This document shows, piece after piece, positions 48,284 through 58,235 of a stretch of DNA of 64,000 bases; positions within the stretch are counted from its first letter, which is position 1, and each line of letters begins with the position of its first letter. The notes under the pieces were generated by a model that worked only from the letters and a program-made list of their open reading frames with translations, ran no database searches and was not told the DNA's origin. Source of the DNA: Aequorivita nionensis (GTDB lineage: Bacteria > Bacteroidota > Bacteroidia > Flavobacteriales > Flavobacteriaceae); the NCBI RefSeq assembly GCF_046352995.1, contig NZ_CP130281.1, forward strand, positions 960,289 to 1,024,288, written 5' to 3'. Position numbers and translations under genes: made by a program.

Positions 48284-49399
48284 ATGAAAAACCTATTCCT
48301 TTTTACCTCAGCCTTTTTATTCGGACATTTATTTTTAAGCGCACAAACGGTTACCACCTTCACCGAAGGCACCCCAGACGATGCCATTGTTTTGGACAAT
48401 GACGGAAACATTTACTGTTCCAATTATACGGGCGATACCGTTTTTAAGTTCTCTCCCACTGGAGAGGCAACCGCTTTTATAACAGGTTTGAATACCCCAA
48501 ACGGACTGGCTTTCAATTCCAATCAGGAATTGTACGTGTGTGACGGCCAGGGAAATAAAATCTACAAATATGACCTTGCCGGGAACCTTTTGGCAACCTA
48601 TCCAGTGACGGGCCATCCTTCGGGAATTGTAAAATCCTTCGATGACGATTCCATGATTTTTACACTATATATGGGAAACCTTATTAAAAGGCTTGCCCCA
48701 GACGGAACCATTACAACTGTCTCTTCTTCCTCAGAATTAAGTGGTCCGGTAGGGATTGTTTATGATGAAAATGGAAACCTTTTCGTTGGAAATTACAACA
48801 ACCGAAAAATTTTCAAAGTACAGAAGAATGGAGACCTAGAATATATTGCGCAACTTCCAACTGAAGGAGGCCAATATCCTAATTTGGGGTTTATTGCCTA
48901 TGGTCAAGGAAAACTTTGGGGAACTATTATGGGCAACCATAAAATTTATTCCATCAACCCAAATGCAGTTGATGATTATACCTTATTTGCTGGTAGCACA
49001 CCGGGAAATAATGATGGCGATATTTCAGTTGCTACTTTTAATATTCCCAACGGAATCTATTTTGATGAAGGCGCTTGCACCATGTACATCACGGATTTCG
49101 GAAGCAAAAACTTGAGGATTATTTCAGGAATAACTTTGGGAAACGATGAATTTTCGGAGGCAGAAAATAATCTAATCATAGTACCAAATCCTGCAAAAAA
49201 TTATTTTGAAATTCAATTTTCGGACAAACACTTCACAACTTTTGAATTGAAAATTTATGATACTGCTGGAAAATTAATTTATGAAAATAACCATCAGGAA
49301 ATTTCCCATAAAATTGATACGAGTAGCTTGAAAAATGGGACTTATCTATTAGAAATAACTACGGAAGAAGGTACGCTGCGAAAAAGATTGCTAAAATAA
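48284..49399 (+). CDS. NHL/SMP-30-like beta-propeller protein with T9SS C-terminal sorting domain
   Basis: Signal peptide, repeated NGxxY/GxxYV blades, and a C-terminal LIIVPNPAKNYFEIQF...GTYLLEI sorting domain. Confidence 0.7.
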   Translation: MKNLFLFTSAFLFGHLFLSAQTVTTFTEGTPDDAIVLDNDGNIYCSNYTGDTVFKFSPTGEATAFITGLNTPNGLAFNSNQELYVCDGQGNKIYKYDLAGNLLATYPVTGHPSGIVKSFDDDSMIFTLYMGNLIKRLAPDGTITTVSSSSELSGPVGIVYDENGNLFVGNYNNRKIFKVQKNGDLEYIAQLPTEGGQYPNLGFIAYGQGKLWGTIMGNHKIYSINPNAVDDYTLFAGSTPGNNDGDISVATFNIPNGIYFDEGACTMYITDFGSKNLRIISGITLGNDEFSEAENNLIIVPNPAKNYFEIQFSDKHFTTFELKIYDTAGKLIYENNHQEISHKIDTSSLKNGTYLLEITTEEGTLRKRLLK

Positions 49400-49400
49400 A

Positions 49401-49435
49401 AAATAAGGGCCGAAGCTCAGTTTCGGCTCTTATTC
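49401..49435. terminator. Bidirectional terminator between the convergent NHL gene and mfd
   Basis: GGCCGAA-GCTCAGT-TTCGGCTC extended hairpin with A-runs and T-runs on either side. Confidence 0.6.
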
Positions 49436-52400
49436 AAACTTTTCTAAAGCGCTTAAGGCCTTATCGACAGAAGAAATATCTTCAAAAGTAAGCAACAACC
49501 GCAAGCCATTTCGGGTCTGTTTTTCCTTCATCGTTACTTTTTGGGGATGGCTTTGTACATATTGCAGCACTTTGGTAAAAGCTGCGCTTTGGTAAAAAGC
49601 ACTCTGCTGGTCTGCCACAAAATAACCGACCATTTTTTTCTGTTTCATCACAAGGCGTTCAAGGCCCATGGAAATGGCAATCCATTTTATGCGAACGCTG
49701 TTCAACAAATCTTCCGCTTCCTTTGGCATTTCCCCAAAACGATCCAGCAATTCTTTCTCAAATTTTTGAAGTTCGGCTTCAGTTTTCAGCTCGTTTAGTT
49801 TTGTGTACAGATTGAGTCTTTCGGTAATATTGTTCACGTAATCATCAGGAAACAGCAATTCGAAATCTGTATCGATGGTCATTTCTTTTACGAAATTCTT
49901 CTTCGGTCCTTCCGTTTCTTCGTAAAGATTTTTGAATTCCTTTTCTTTCAGTTCCTCAATGGCTTCGGAAAGGATTTTTTGATAAGTTTCAAAACCTATT
50001 TCGTTGATAAACCCGCTCTGTTCGCCCCCCAATAAATCGCCTGCGCCACGGATTTCCAAATCCTTCATCGCAATGTTGATACCGCTTCCCAATTCTGAAA
50101 ATTGTTCCAAAGCAGTGATCCTTTTTCGGGCTTCATCCGTCATCGCGGAATATTCCGGGGTAATGAAATAACAAAACGCTTTTTTGTTGCTTCGGCCCAC
50201 ACGACCGCGCATTTGATGGAGGTCTGAAAGCCCGAAATTATTGGCATTATTAATAAATATTGTATTTGCATTTGGAACGTCCAGTCCACTTTCAATGATG
50301 GTTGTGGAAACGAGAACGTCGAATTCATTGTTCATAAATCGAAGCATTAAATCCTCCAATTTCTTTCCGTCCATTTGCCCGTGTCCGATCCCAATTTTCG
50401 CATCGGGCACCAAACGTTGGAGCATTCCGGCGACTTCCTTTATATTTTCTATTCTATTGTGAACAAAGAAAACTTGTCCGCCGCGCGAAATTTCATAGCG
50501 AACAGCATCGCGAATGCTTTCTTCCCCAAAACGAATGACGTGCGTTTCCACCGGATAACGGTTTGGCGGCGGCGTGGTAATTACCGAAAGATCACGAGCA
50601 GCCATCAAACTGAACTGCAACGTACGCGGAATGGGCGTTGCGGTTAATGTGAGCGTGTCCACATTTTCTTTGATAGTCTTCAATTTGTCCTTTACCGCTA
50701 CGCCAAATTTCTGTTCCTCGTCAATAATCAAAAGTCCCAAATCCTTAAATTCCACCGATTTGTTGACCAATTGATGTGTGCCAATAACGATGTCGAGTTT
50801 GCCGTTTTTCAATTCCTCCAAAACAGTTTTGCGCTCTTTTGCGGTGCGGAAACGGTTGAGATAATCCACTTTTACGGGCATATCAGCCAAACGTTCGGAA
50901 AAAGTCTTAAAATGCTGAAAGGCCAAAATGGTGGTCGGTACCAAAACGGCGACTTGTTTTCCGTTATCCACCGCTTTAAAAGCCGCGCGAATAGCGACTT
51001 CCGTTTTTCCGAAACCTACGTCGCCACAGACCAAGCGGTCCATCGGGCGCTCGTTTTCCATATCCTTTTTTACGTCTTCCGTCGCGGTGCTTTGGTCTGG
51101 CGTGTCTTCATAAATAAAGGACGATTCCAGTTCGGCCTGCAGATAACTGTCCGGATCAAAAGCGAAACCTTTCAACGTACGGCGTTTGGCGTATAATTCA
51201 ATTAAATTAAAGGCAATTTCCTTTACGCGGGTTTTGGTTTTTTGCTTTAGTTTTTTCCACGCATCGCTGCCCAATTTGTAGATTTTGGGCTCCTTCCCGT
51301 CTTTCCCGTTATATTTTGAAATCTTATGGAGCGAATGAATGCTGAGGTACAAAATATCACGCTCACCATAAAAAAGTTTTATGGCTTCCTGCATTTTTCC
51401 TTCTACTTCAATTTTCTGCAAGCCGCCGAATTTTCCAATTCCGTGGTCAATATGCGTTACGTAATCGCCCACTTCCAGATTGGTAATTTCCTTTAAGGTA
51501 ATCGCTTGCTTTTTGGCGTAACCGTTTTTCAGTTGAAATTTATGGTAGCGCTCAAAAATTTGATGGTCGGTATAGCAAACTATTTTTAAATCGTCATCAA
51601 TAAACCCTTGAAACAGCGGAAATACAATGGTTTCAAATTGTTCCACATTTTGCTGGGCATCTTCAAAAATATCGTGAAAGCGTTTTGCCTGTTGTTCACT
51701 GCTGCAGAAAATGTAGTTTTTATAACCTTTTTCAGTATTGTCATTCAAATTTTCAATCAGTAAATTGAATTGTTTGTTGAATGATGGTTGAGGTTTTGTT
51801 GAAAACGAAAGCCCACCCCCAGCCCCTCCCGAGGGGAGGGGAGTTTTGTTATTTTTTAAATGAACCGTTGTAAATTCGGAAAGTTGTGTTTTCAATAATT
51901 CCGAAGTACAGAACAATTCCGAAGGCTTTGCGCGTTTTATTTCTGAATCGATTGCGTTAAAAGCTTCAGTTGCTTTTTTGAAAAGATTGTCGATTGCGCT
52001 GCTGAATAGCTCTTCATTTTTCAGAAAAACCACGGTTTTGGACGCGATGTATTTCAGAAAACTTTCGCGGTTTTCATCCACCATTTTGTTTTCCACATTT
52101 GGAATGATGGAAACTTTTTTAACCTGTTCCAAAGAAAGCTGTGTTTCCACATCAAAGGTCCGAATACTGTCAACCTCATCGCCAAAAAATTCAATTCGGT
52201 ACGGTTCATCATTGCTGAAACTGAACACGTCCAAAATCCCCCCGCGCACTGAAAATTCGCCCGGTTCGGTAACAAAATCGGTACGTTTAAAGCGATATTC
52301 AAACAAAACCTCGTTTACAAAATCGATGGAAAGTTGGTCGTTTACTGCAATTTTCAGCGTGTTTCGCTCTAATTCCTTTCGAGTAACCACTTTCTCAAAA

Positions 52401-52783
52401 AGTGCTTCGGGATAGGTTACGATCAGCGCAGGTTTTTTTCGGGAATTTATTCGGTTTAAAACCTCGCTTCGCAACAAAACATTGGCGTTGTCGGTCTCTT
52501 CAATTTGATAGGGCCGCCGATAACTTCCCGGATAGAAAAGCACATTTTGGTCACCCAACAAATTTTCGAGATCGTTTAAATGGTAAGCCGCTTCCTCTTT
52601 ATCGTTAAAAATTAAAAGAAAGGGCAATTCCGAAGTAGAAAAAGTTTCAGCAATTACAAGTGAAAGCGATGAGCCGACGAGCCCAGAAACTTGAATTTTA
52701 TTTTCGGATGAGGCAATAGAATCCCGCAGTTTTCGTGTTTGCGAAGACTGTGAATAAAGCGAAGTAACGAGTGTTTTGCTCAT
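49430..52783 (-). CDS. mfd: Transcription-repair coupling factor Mfd
   Basis: UvrB-homology N-terminus, RNAP-interaction domain, and DEAD/DExH helicase motifs (GDVGFGKTEVA, DEEQKFG, TATPIPRTL, QMRGRVGR). The listed ORF starts at 52846, but the probable start is MSKTLV... at 52783. Confidence 0.9.
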   Translation of the reverse strand: MSKTLVTSLYSQSSQTRKLRDSIASSENKIQVSGLVGSSLSLVIAETFSTSELPFLLIFNDKEEAAYHLNDLENLLGDQNVLFYPGSYRRPYQIEETDNANVLLRSEVLNRINSRKKPALIVTYPEALFEKVVTRKELERNTLKIAVNDQLSIDFVNEVLFEYRFKRTDFVTEPGEFSVRGGILDVFSFSNDEPYRIEFFGDEVDSIRTFDVETQLSLEQVKKVSIIPNVENKMVDENRESFLKYIASKTVVFLKNEELFSSAIDNLFKKATEAFNAIDSEIKRAKPSELFCTSELLKTQLSEFTTVHLKNNKTPLPSGGAGGGLSFSTKPQPSFNKQFNLLIENLNDNTEKGYKNYIFCSSEQQAKRFHDIFEDAQQNVEQFETIVFPLFQGFIDDDLKIVCYTDHQIFERYHKFQLKNGYAKKQAITLKEITNLEVGDYVTHIDHGIGKFGGLQKIEVEGKMQEAIKLFYGERDILYLSIHSLHKISKYNGKDGKEPKIYKLGSDAWKKLKQKTKTRVKEIAFNLIELYAKRRTLKGFAFDPDSYLQAELESSFIYEDTPDQSTATEDVKKDMENERPMDRLVCGDVGFGKTEVAIRAAFKAVDNGKQVAVLVPTTILAFQHFKTFSERLADMPVKVDYLNRFRTAKERKTVLEELKNGKLDIVIGTHQLVNKSVEFKDLGLLIIDEEQKFGVAVKDKLKTIKENVDTLTLTATPIPRTLQFSLMAARDLSVITTPPPNRYPVETHVIRFGEESIRDAVRYEISRGGQVFFVHNRIENIKEVAGMLQRLVPDAKIGIGHGQMDGKKLEDLMLRFMNNEFDVLVSTTIIESGLDVPNANTIFINNANNFGLSDLHQMRGRVGRSNKKAFCYFITPEYSAMTDEARKRITALEQFSELGSGINIAMKDLEIRGAGDLLGGEQSGFINEIGFETYQKILSEAIEELKEKEFKNLYEETEGPKKNFVKEMTIDTDFELLFPDDYVNNITERLNLYTKLNELKTEAELQKFEKELLDRFGEMPKEAEDLLNSVRIKWIAISMGLERLVMKQKKMVGYFVADQQSAFYQSAAFTKVLQYVQSHPQKVTMKEKQTRNGLRLLLTFEDISSVDKALSALEKFE
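51823..51841. repeat. Perfect 8-bp GC hairpin CCCCTCCC-GAG-GGGAGGGG embedded in-frame in mfd
   Basis: It encodes the Gly-rich peptide PLPSGGAGGGLS inside an inter-domain linker. It is locally about 80% GC against roughly 45% GC for the rest of the gene. Confidence 0.4.
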
Positions 52784-52811
52784 CGAGCGGCAAAGATAAT
52801 AATTGTAAAGT

Positions 52812-53258
52812 TTATTTGGGTGCAATAGCCCATTCGCCAGCATCAACCAATTTTAATCGTACTTCTGGATCATTTTTATCTCCTTTGTCACCAATTATAA
52901 TAGAGTGAGACCTATTGTTAGGAATTCCTAATCTGGGAGGTAAGTGCTGAAGCGGATCATGAATTACTTTTTGAAGAGGAATAATTTTACGAACTTTAAA
53001 AGTTTCAAAAGCATAGATAAAAAAATCAGATGAATTCTTAAACTCCGTTGTACCAAATTTATATTGCAAACCTATTCTTTCTCTACTTTCTTCAGCGGAA
53101 GAATACTTGTCCCAATCTGTGGAAAGATTATCTCCTGTTTTTGGGGTATTATAAAATGCACTTGGGTTAGGAGAATTATCTTTCTTAGAAAGGTATCCTT
53201 TATGGACATTACAAAATAAAAAACAATTATCTGGTATTTCTTCTGTTTTCCAAATCAT
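52812..53258 (-). CDS. Hypothetical protein C of a low-GC three-gene cassette (148 aa from the first ATG, no recognisable domain)
   Basis: Open frame; the listed start 53282 is TTG and the first ATG is at 53258, giving MIWKTEEIP.... The gene is roughly 25-30% GC. Its start lies 2 nt after the stop of gene B, and its stop is 28 nt upstream of the probable mfd start. Confidence 0.45.
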   Translation of the reverse strand: MIWKTEEIPDNCFLFCNVHKGYLSKKDNSPNPSAFYNTPKTGDNLSTDWDKYSSAEESRERIGLQYKFGTTEFKNSSDFFIYAFETFKVRKIIPLQKVIHDPLQHLPPRLGIPNNRSHSIIIGDKGDKNDPEVRLKLVDAGEWAIAPK

Positions 53259-53260
53259 TA

Positions 53261-53851
53261 TTAACCAAGTTTCAGCATCCAAGTTGCTAAAAATTCTTGT
53301 ACATTTTCAATTTCAATTTGTCCTTTTATACTGTTAATTCCAGCAAGTTGATCTCCATAATAAACAGCTGAGTTTTCATTAATATGGATAAGTAACCTTG
53401 AATTATTATTTCTCCATAAAATATCAAGATTGCCATCAGGAGTTGGGCTAATTTCTGGTAATGCGATAACTATGTTGAAAGTGTCTTTAATAAAATTATA
53501 GTAATTATTAAGAAAATCAAAGCATTTTTGATAAACAATTGGAGAAATACTCATTGCTCCTTGACCATCCCAATTATCTTCTAATTTCAAGAGATTTTTA
53601 TTCAATTCTTTTAAATCTTCTATGGGAGATTTGATTTTATATATATCGGAAGCTAAGAATTCCAAAAACTCTAAAGTGCTTTTTTCCTTTATTCTGGGTT
53701 TTGTAAATAGAGTTTGTTTAACATCCTGATTAAATCTAGATTGTTTGACATATTGATTTTGTAAAACATCCGAAATAATATGAGTTGTATCCTTTTGTGG
53801 AAAAGCCGATACACAATTCAAATAAACTGTATTATTTGTTTTAGCAAACAT
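53261..53851 (-). CDS. Hypothetical protein B of the low-GC three-gene cassette (196 aa, no recognisable domain)
   Basis: Its start ATG overlaps the stop TAA of gene A by 1 nt (TAATG), implying translational coupling. It is AT-rich. Confidence 0.45.
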   Translation of the reverse strand: MFAKTNNTVYLNCVSAFPQKDTTHIISDVLQNQYVKQSRFNQDVKQTLFTKPRIKEKSTLEFLEFLASDIYKIKSPIEDLKELNKNLLKLEDNWDGQGAMSISPIVYQKCFDFLNNYYNFIKDTFNIVIALPEISPTPDGNLDILWRNNNSRLLIHINENSAVYYGDQLAGINSIKGQIEIENVQEFLATWMLKLG

Positions 53852-54522
53852 TAATCTTTATCATTGGTTAAAAACTTCAAATCGTTAAAACTTGAGTCTT
53901 TTCTTATTAAATTTTCTTTTTGAATAGCCCTTTCAATTGTGTTTTTTAATTCTTCTAAGTCATTATGATCTAAAGCCAAGAAGACACTTATTTTATCATT
54001 GGAAGCCAAATAGTCTAATCTTAAATTATGAACTATAACAGCATTTTTTATTCCTTCATCTTTCAATTCATCATCAAATACAATTCTTAAATCTGAAATT
54101 ATTCTAGATGATATATAATTTTTTTCATTTTCTCTTAAAATTTGATGCCCTTTCATTGTTTGAATAGTAGGTCCATCAATTTTTTCAAAAAGCTTAAGAT
54201 TTTTCTTAAGATTTTTTATATCAATATCTTTAATCTGCTCTTCAATAGAATCAATTAAATCTTGTATATCTCGTGAAGTGTTTATGTTGTCTTTCTGTTT
54301 AAAACTTAAAAGACTTAACGCGCTTTTAATAATATTTGTTAGATCATTCTTTTCTAATTGTATAGAATCAGTAAGTGACTCTGCAATTTTAGAATCATTT
54401 AATCCAAAATCAATTGAACTCAATTTTTTAGCTATCTGTTTTACTTGCTTTTGATTGAGTTTACTGATTAAAATAAAACCAGGCTTAAAAATATCAGGAA
54501 TAAGATATCTAGACATTGACAA
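53851..54522 (-). CDS. Hypothetical protein A of the low-GC three-gene cassette (223 aa, predicted all-helical/coiled-coil, no recognisable domain)
   Basis: First gene of the cassette. The 95-bp AT-rich leader is divergent from the flavoprotein gene. Confidence 0.45.
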   Translation of the reverse strand: MSMSRYLIPDIFKPGFILISKLNQKQVKQIAKKLSSIDFGLNDSKIAESLTDSIQLEKNDLTNIIKSALSLLSFKQKDNINTSRDIQDLIDSIEEQIKDIDIKNLKKNLKLFEKIDGPTIQTMKGHQILRENEKNYISSRIISDLRIVFDDELKDEGIKNAVIVHNLRLDYLASNDKISVFLALDHNDLEELKNTIERAIQKENLIRKDSSFNDLKFLTNDKD

Positions 54523-54659
54523 AAATTTGTTGGGTAAATATACAAATATCTTTGGATTAAGAAATGTTATTAGGCTTTCATTAAGGTTTCAAAGCTAGTT
54601 ATTCCAACTTTATCATTTTGCTAACACAAATAACTTGGGCGTTTCTCTATTTTCGGTTT

Positions 54660-56012
54660 ATGGCTAGAAAAGAATACGATGTTTTTGTAATAGGAACCGG
54701 AACCGCCGGAAAAACTGTGGCGTTTGACTGTGCTGAAGAAGGAATGAAAGTGGCGATTGCGGATAACCGAGAATTTGGCGGAACCTGCCCAAATAGAGGC
54801 TGCGACCCGAAAAAAGTTTTGGTGGGAATTACGGAAGCTATGCAGCTTTCAGAAAATTTAAAGGGAAAGGGAATCGTTTCCGTTCCAAAAATAAGTTGGA
54901 AAGATCTTCAAAAATTTAAATCAACTTTTACCGATGCTGTACCAGCTTCCACCGAAAAAAAATTGAAGGAAGCCGGAATTGAAATGTTTCACCAATCGCC
55001 CAAATTTTTGAATGAAAACACACTTTCGGTAGAGGGAAAATCGGTGAAAGCGAAGAAAATTGTAATCGCTACCGGGCAAAAACCGATGGAACTGAAAATT
55101 CCCGGGAGGGAACATTTAAAGGTGAGCGATGACTTTTTGGAATTGGAAGAATTGCCCGAAAGTATCGTTTTTGTTGGCGCCGGTTACATTGGGATGGAGT
55201 TTGCGCATATTGCCGCGCGCTGCAGCGCAAAAGTTACCATTGTTGAATTTGGCCCTCGACCGCTCGCACCATTTGAAACCGATATCGTTTCGCACCTTAC
55301 AAAAGCTTCGGAAGAACTTGGGATTAAATTTATTTTCAACGCAAAGGTTTCCGAAGTGGAAAAACTTCAGAAAAACTTTCGTGTTTCCTTCGAAAAGAAT
55401 GGTAAAACCGAATCCGTTGACGCCCGAATGGTTTTCAATACCGCCGGCCGTGTGCCATCCATCGATGAACTGGATTTGGAAAAGGGAAATGTCGCGTTTG
55501 AAAAAAGCGGGATTTCGGTGAATGAATTCCTTCAAAATACAACCAATAAATCGGTCTATGCCTGTGGCGATGTTTCGGCAAGTGGGGCGTTACCATTGAC
55601 GCCAACATCTTCGCAGGAAGCGCGGATTGTTTCGTTGAATATCAGAAATGGAAACCACACAAAAATGGATTTTCCGCCAGTACCTTCTGTGGTCTTTACC
55701 ATTCCGCAGCTTGCTTCCATCGGTTTAACTGAGGCAGAGGCAAAGGAAAAAGGTTATGATTTTGTAGTGGAATATAAAAGCGTCCCGAAATGGTTCAATG
55801 CAAAACGTATTAATGACGACGTTTACGCCTATAAAACGATCGTGGACAAAAAACGAAATATTGTTTTGGGCGCGCATATAATCGCTTCCGAAGCTGGAGA
55901 AATGATCAATCTATTCGTGCTGGCAATGTGTGGAAAACTGACTACCGAAAATATTAAAGCCATGATTTTTGCATACCCTACTTGGGGAAATGATATTAAG
56001 GGAATGGTTTAA
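54660..56012 (+). CDS. Class I pyridine nucleotide-disulfide oxidoreductase (glutathione/mercuric reductase/Lpd-like flavoprotein)
   Basis: FAD motif VFVIGTGTAG, redox-active CxxxxC (GGTCPNRGCDPKK), an NAD motif GAGYIG, and a C-terminal dimerisation domain with HPT (AYPTWGND). The probable start is MARKEYD. Confidence 0.75.
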   Translation: MARKEYDVFVIGTGTAGKTVAFDCAEEGMKVAIADNREFGGTCPNRGCDPKKVLVGITEAMQLSENLKGKGIVSVPKISWKDLQKFKSTFTDAVPASTEKKLKEAGIEMFHQSPKFLNENTLSVEGKSVKAKKIVIATGQKPMELKIPGREHLKVSDDFLELEELPESIVFVGAGYIGMEFAHIAARCSAKVTIVEFGPRPLAPFETDIVSHLTKASEELGIKFIFNAKVSEVEKLQKNFRVSFEKNGKTESVDARMVFNTAGRVPSIDELDLEKGNVAFEKSGISVNEFLQNTTNKSVYACGDVSASGALPLTPTSSQEARIVSLNIRNGNHTKMDFPPVPSVVFTIPQLASIGLTEAEAKEKGYDFVVEYKSVPKWFNAKRINDDVYAYKTIVDKKRNIVLGAHIIASEAGEMINLFVLAMCGKLTTENIKAMIFAYPTWGNDIKGMV

Positions 56013-56044
56013 AAGAGAAATTCCCAAAAATTCAAATTCCAAAA

Positions 56045-56848
56045 TTACTTTTTAGAATTGAGATGTTCCTTTAATTTAATATTGGGACTTGTAGCTCTAT
56101 TTTTAAACCCGTGGTAACTACTGCTTACAAACAAAACGGCGGCCTCCGCAATTGCTGCATAGGCCACGGTTTGGCTCACTTCCCAATTGGCGACTGCAAT
56201 TGCGGCCAAAGCCCAAACTCCCACCAAGGCAAATTCGCGCATATTTCTTCGCCACGTTACTACTAAATTTATTATTCCAGCAATGATAATCATCGTTACC
56301 GCCCAAGATACTTCACTGTAACCCCAGGCTTCCCAATTTATACTTTTTAAATATGCGGCTACATTTGCAATACTCGCCACGGTAACCCAGCCGCTATAAA
56401 ATACGAAAGGCCACCAGAGAAAGACAATAACGGAAATTGGCGCGTCCCAAAGTTCCATCCGGTTGTTCATCACGATCTTTAACAGTGAAAAGAGCAGCAC
56501 GAAAATGGCGAGGATGGAATATTCCATATATCCGTAAAGCCAAAATGTGATCCACATAATATTGGCGAAGCAGGAAAGCACAAACCACCAACCTGTTTTT
56601 AAAATGAAGTAATCATCGCGCACTTTGGTAAAAAGACTTCGGCTTTGGTAGATTATGAAACCCAACAACAGCAGATAAATCAAACCCCAAATAGAGAAAG
56701 CATATCCAGCAGGCGTAAAAAGGTTTTTAGTAGCTTCGGAAATTTCGCCAATTGTGGTATTGTTTATCGCGCCCGTGTTTGACAAATAATTGACGAAAAC
56801 CGTTGTCGCGAAAGCGATGATGTTTGCTATTTGTAGCGTTTTTTTCAT
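56045..56848 (-). CDS. Tryptophan-rich membrane protein, TspO/MBR-like
   Basis: PAGYAFSIWGLIYLL resembles the TspO first-helix motif, and the 5-7 TM helices are rich in Trp. The assignment is tentative. Confidence 0.45.
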   Translation of the reverse strand: MKKTLQIANIIAFATTVFVNYLSNTGAINNTTIGEISEATKNLFTPAGYAFSIWGLIYLLLLGFIIYQSRSLFTKVRDDYFILKTGWWFVLSCFANIMWITFWLYGYMEYSILAIFVLLFSLLKIVMNNRMELWDAPISVIVFLWWPFVFYSGWVTVASIANVAAYLKSINWEAWGYSEVSWAVTMIIIAGIINLVVTWRRNMREFALVGVWALAAIAVANWEVSQTVAYAAIAEAAVLFVSSSYHGFKNRATSPNIKLKEHLNSKK

Positions 56849-56854
56849 AAAGGA

Positions 56855-57496
56855 TCAATTTTTCGAAACACAAATCACTTCCCCTTCAACAATGGCATAT
56901 ATTTCGTCCATTTCAGAAGGTTTTAAGATGTGTTTTCCCGTAAAGTTACCAAAAGCAGGGAGAATAAGACTGTTAAGCGTTTTATAAAAACACGAAAACC
57001 GGAGGTATTGCCTCCCAACCCCCTTCATCAGAATGCCGGGGTGCACGTGACCACAAAAATTGAAAGTGCCTTTAATCTCGGTGGGATGGTGGGTCAACAA
57101 AAAACTGTCGAGCAACAATTCGTCAAAAACCTTAACTCCTATTTCTTCGTATAAATACTTTGGAATAATATCGTGATTGCCCGAAATCAGGACTATTTCC
57201 GCCTTTGTGTATTCCGTCCACTTTTCAAAATCTTGCCATTCCTCGTTTAATTTACTGTGGAAAAGATCGCCCAAAAAACAAATAATTTCAGGTTGAAATT
57301 GATTGCTAATCTCTGTAAGTTTTTCAAGATTTTTAAACGCCGCGTTTGCGGGAACAGGCGCCCCGTGTTTTCTGAAATGTGTCACTTTTCCCAAATGAAC
57401 ATCGGCAATCAATAACATTTTGTTGTCTTCCCAAAAGATAGCTCCGCTGGGGTGAAGAATAAAAAAGTTGTTTTTTATTTGAATATTTTGGATCAA
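56855..57496 (-). CDS. pdeM: Ligase-associated DNA damage response metallophosphoesterase PdeM
   Basis: Calcineurin-like phosphoesterase motifs (ADVHLGK, GDLFH, GNHD, GHVHP) in the same minus-strand gene string as the ligase, helicase and exonuclease. Confidence 0.8.
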   Translation of the reverse strand: MIQNIQIKNNFFILHPSGAIFWEDNKMLLIADVHLGKVTHFRKHGAPVPANAAFKNLEKLTEISNQFQPEIICFLGDLFHSKLNEEWQDFEKWTEYTKAEIVLISGNHDIIPKYLYEEIGVKVFDELLLDSFLLTHHPTEIKGTFNFCGHVHPGILMKGVGRQYLRFSCFYKTLNSLILPAFGNFTGKHILKPSEMDEIYAIVEGEVICVSKN

Positions 57497-57583
57497 CTAT
57501 TTGAATTTTGACAATTGTTCAATACATTTTTTAAACGAAAAAAATTCTACAATATATTGGTAATCAGGAAACTATTTAAAAAT

Positions 57584-58207
57584 TTAATTTTTTTTGTTTC
57601 GTATTTGTCCCACAGTTATTATTTCAGATTTTCGATCTTCATGCGTTTTTAATATAACAAAATACCATTCTCTTGAACCTTCAACGTATTCCGCAAAAAA
57701 TAAATCGTCTTTTTTGTGTGCTTTAATTGCAGACTCAAAAGAAGCAACCATTCTGCCTGAAGGAAACCAGCCTAAATCGCCTCCATTTTTTGCAGACGGA
57801 TCGTCAGAATATTCTTTTGCCAATTCTGAAAAGGGAACGTTAGCCGTATATTTATTTTTGATTTCATCTCTCAAAGAATCAATTTTATTCTTTGGCATTT
57901 TACTTCCGTTCAAGTATATATAGCTTACCCTAAATTCTAAAATTGAATCTTTTTGAAGCAGCTTTTCCGTAATAGTTTGTGATGCATTTTTAATTTCCCT
58001 CAATCCATTTGTATCATAATGCAAAGTTTTTGAATCATCGGGAGAATACGTAATTTGAGTAATTTCCCAATTAGGATGAGCTTTTTTTAAAGAATCCAAT
58101 TGATGCAGAAAAGTTAGTTTTTTTAATGCTCGTGTAGCTTCTTCATCGCTTTGTCCAAATGAGGTTGTGCAAAAAAACAGTGCGATTATTATCCAACTAA
58201 ATTTCAT
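57584..58207 (-). CDS. Secreted PpiC/parvulin-type peptidyl-prolyl cis-trans isomerase
   Basis: Signal peptide plus a parvulin domain (FSELAKEYSDDPSAKNGGDLGWFPSGRMVASFE). Confidence 0.7.
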   Translation of the reverse strand: MKFSWIIIALFFCTTSFGQSDEEATRALKKLTFLHQLDSLKKAHPNWEITQITYSPDDSKTLHYDTNGLREIKNASQTITEKLLQKDSILEFRVSYIYLNGSKMPKNKIDSLRDEIKNKYTANVPFSELAKEYSDDPSAKNGGDLGWFPSGRMVASFESAIKAHKKDDLFFAEYVEGSREWYFVILKTHEDRKSEIITVGQIRNKKN

Positions 58208-58235
58208 AAAGTTTACTTTTTGGTAAATATATCCA

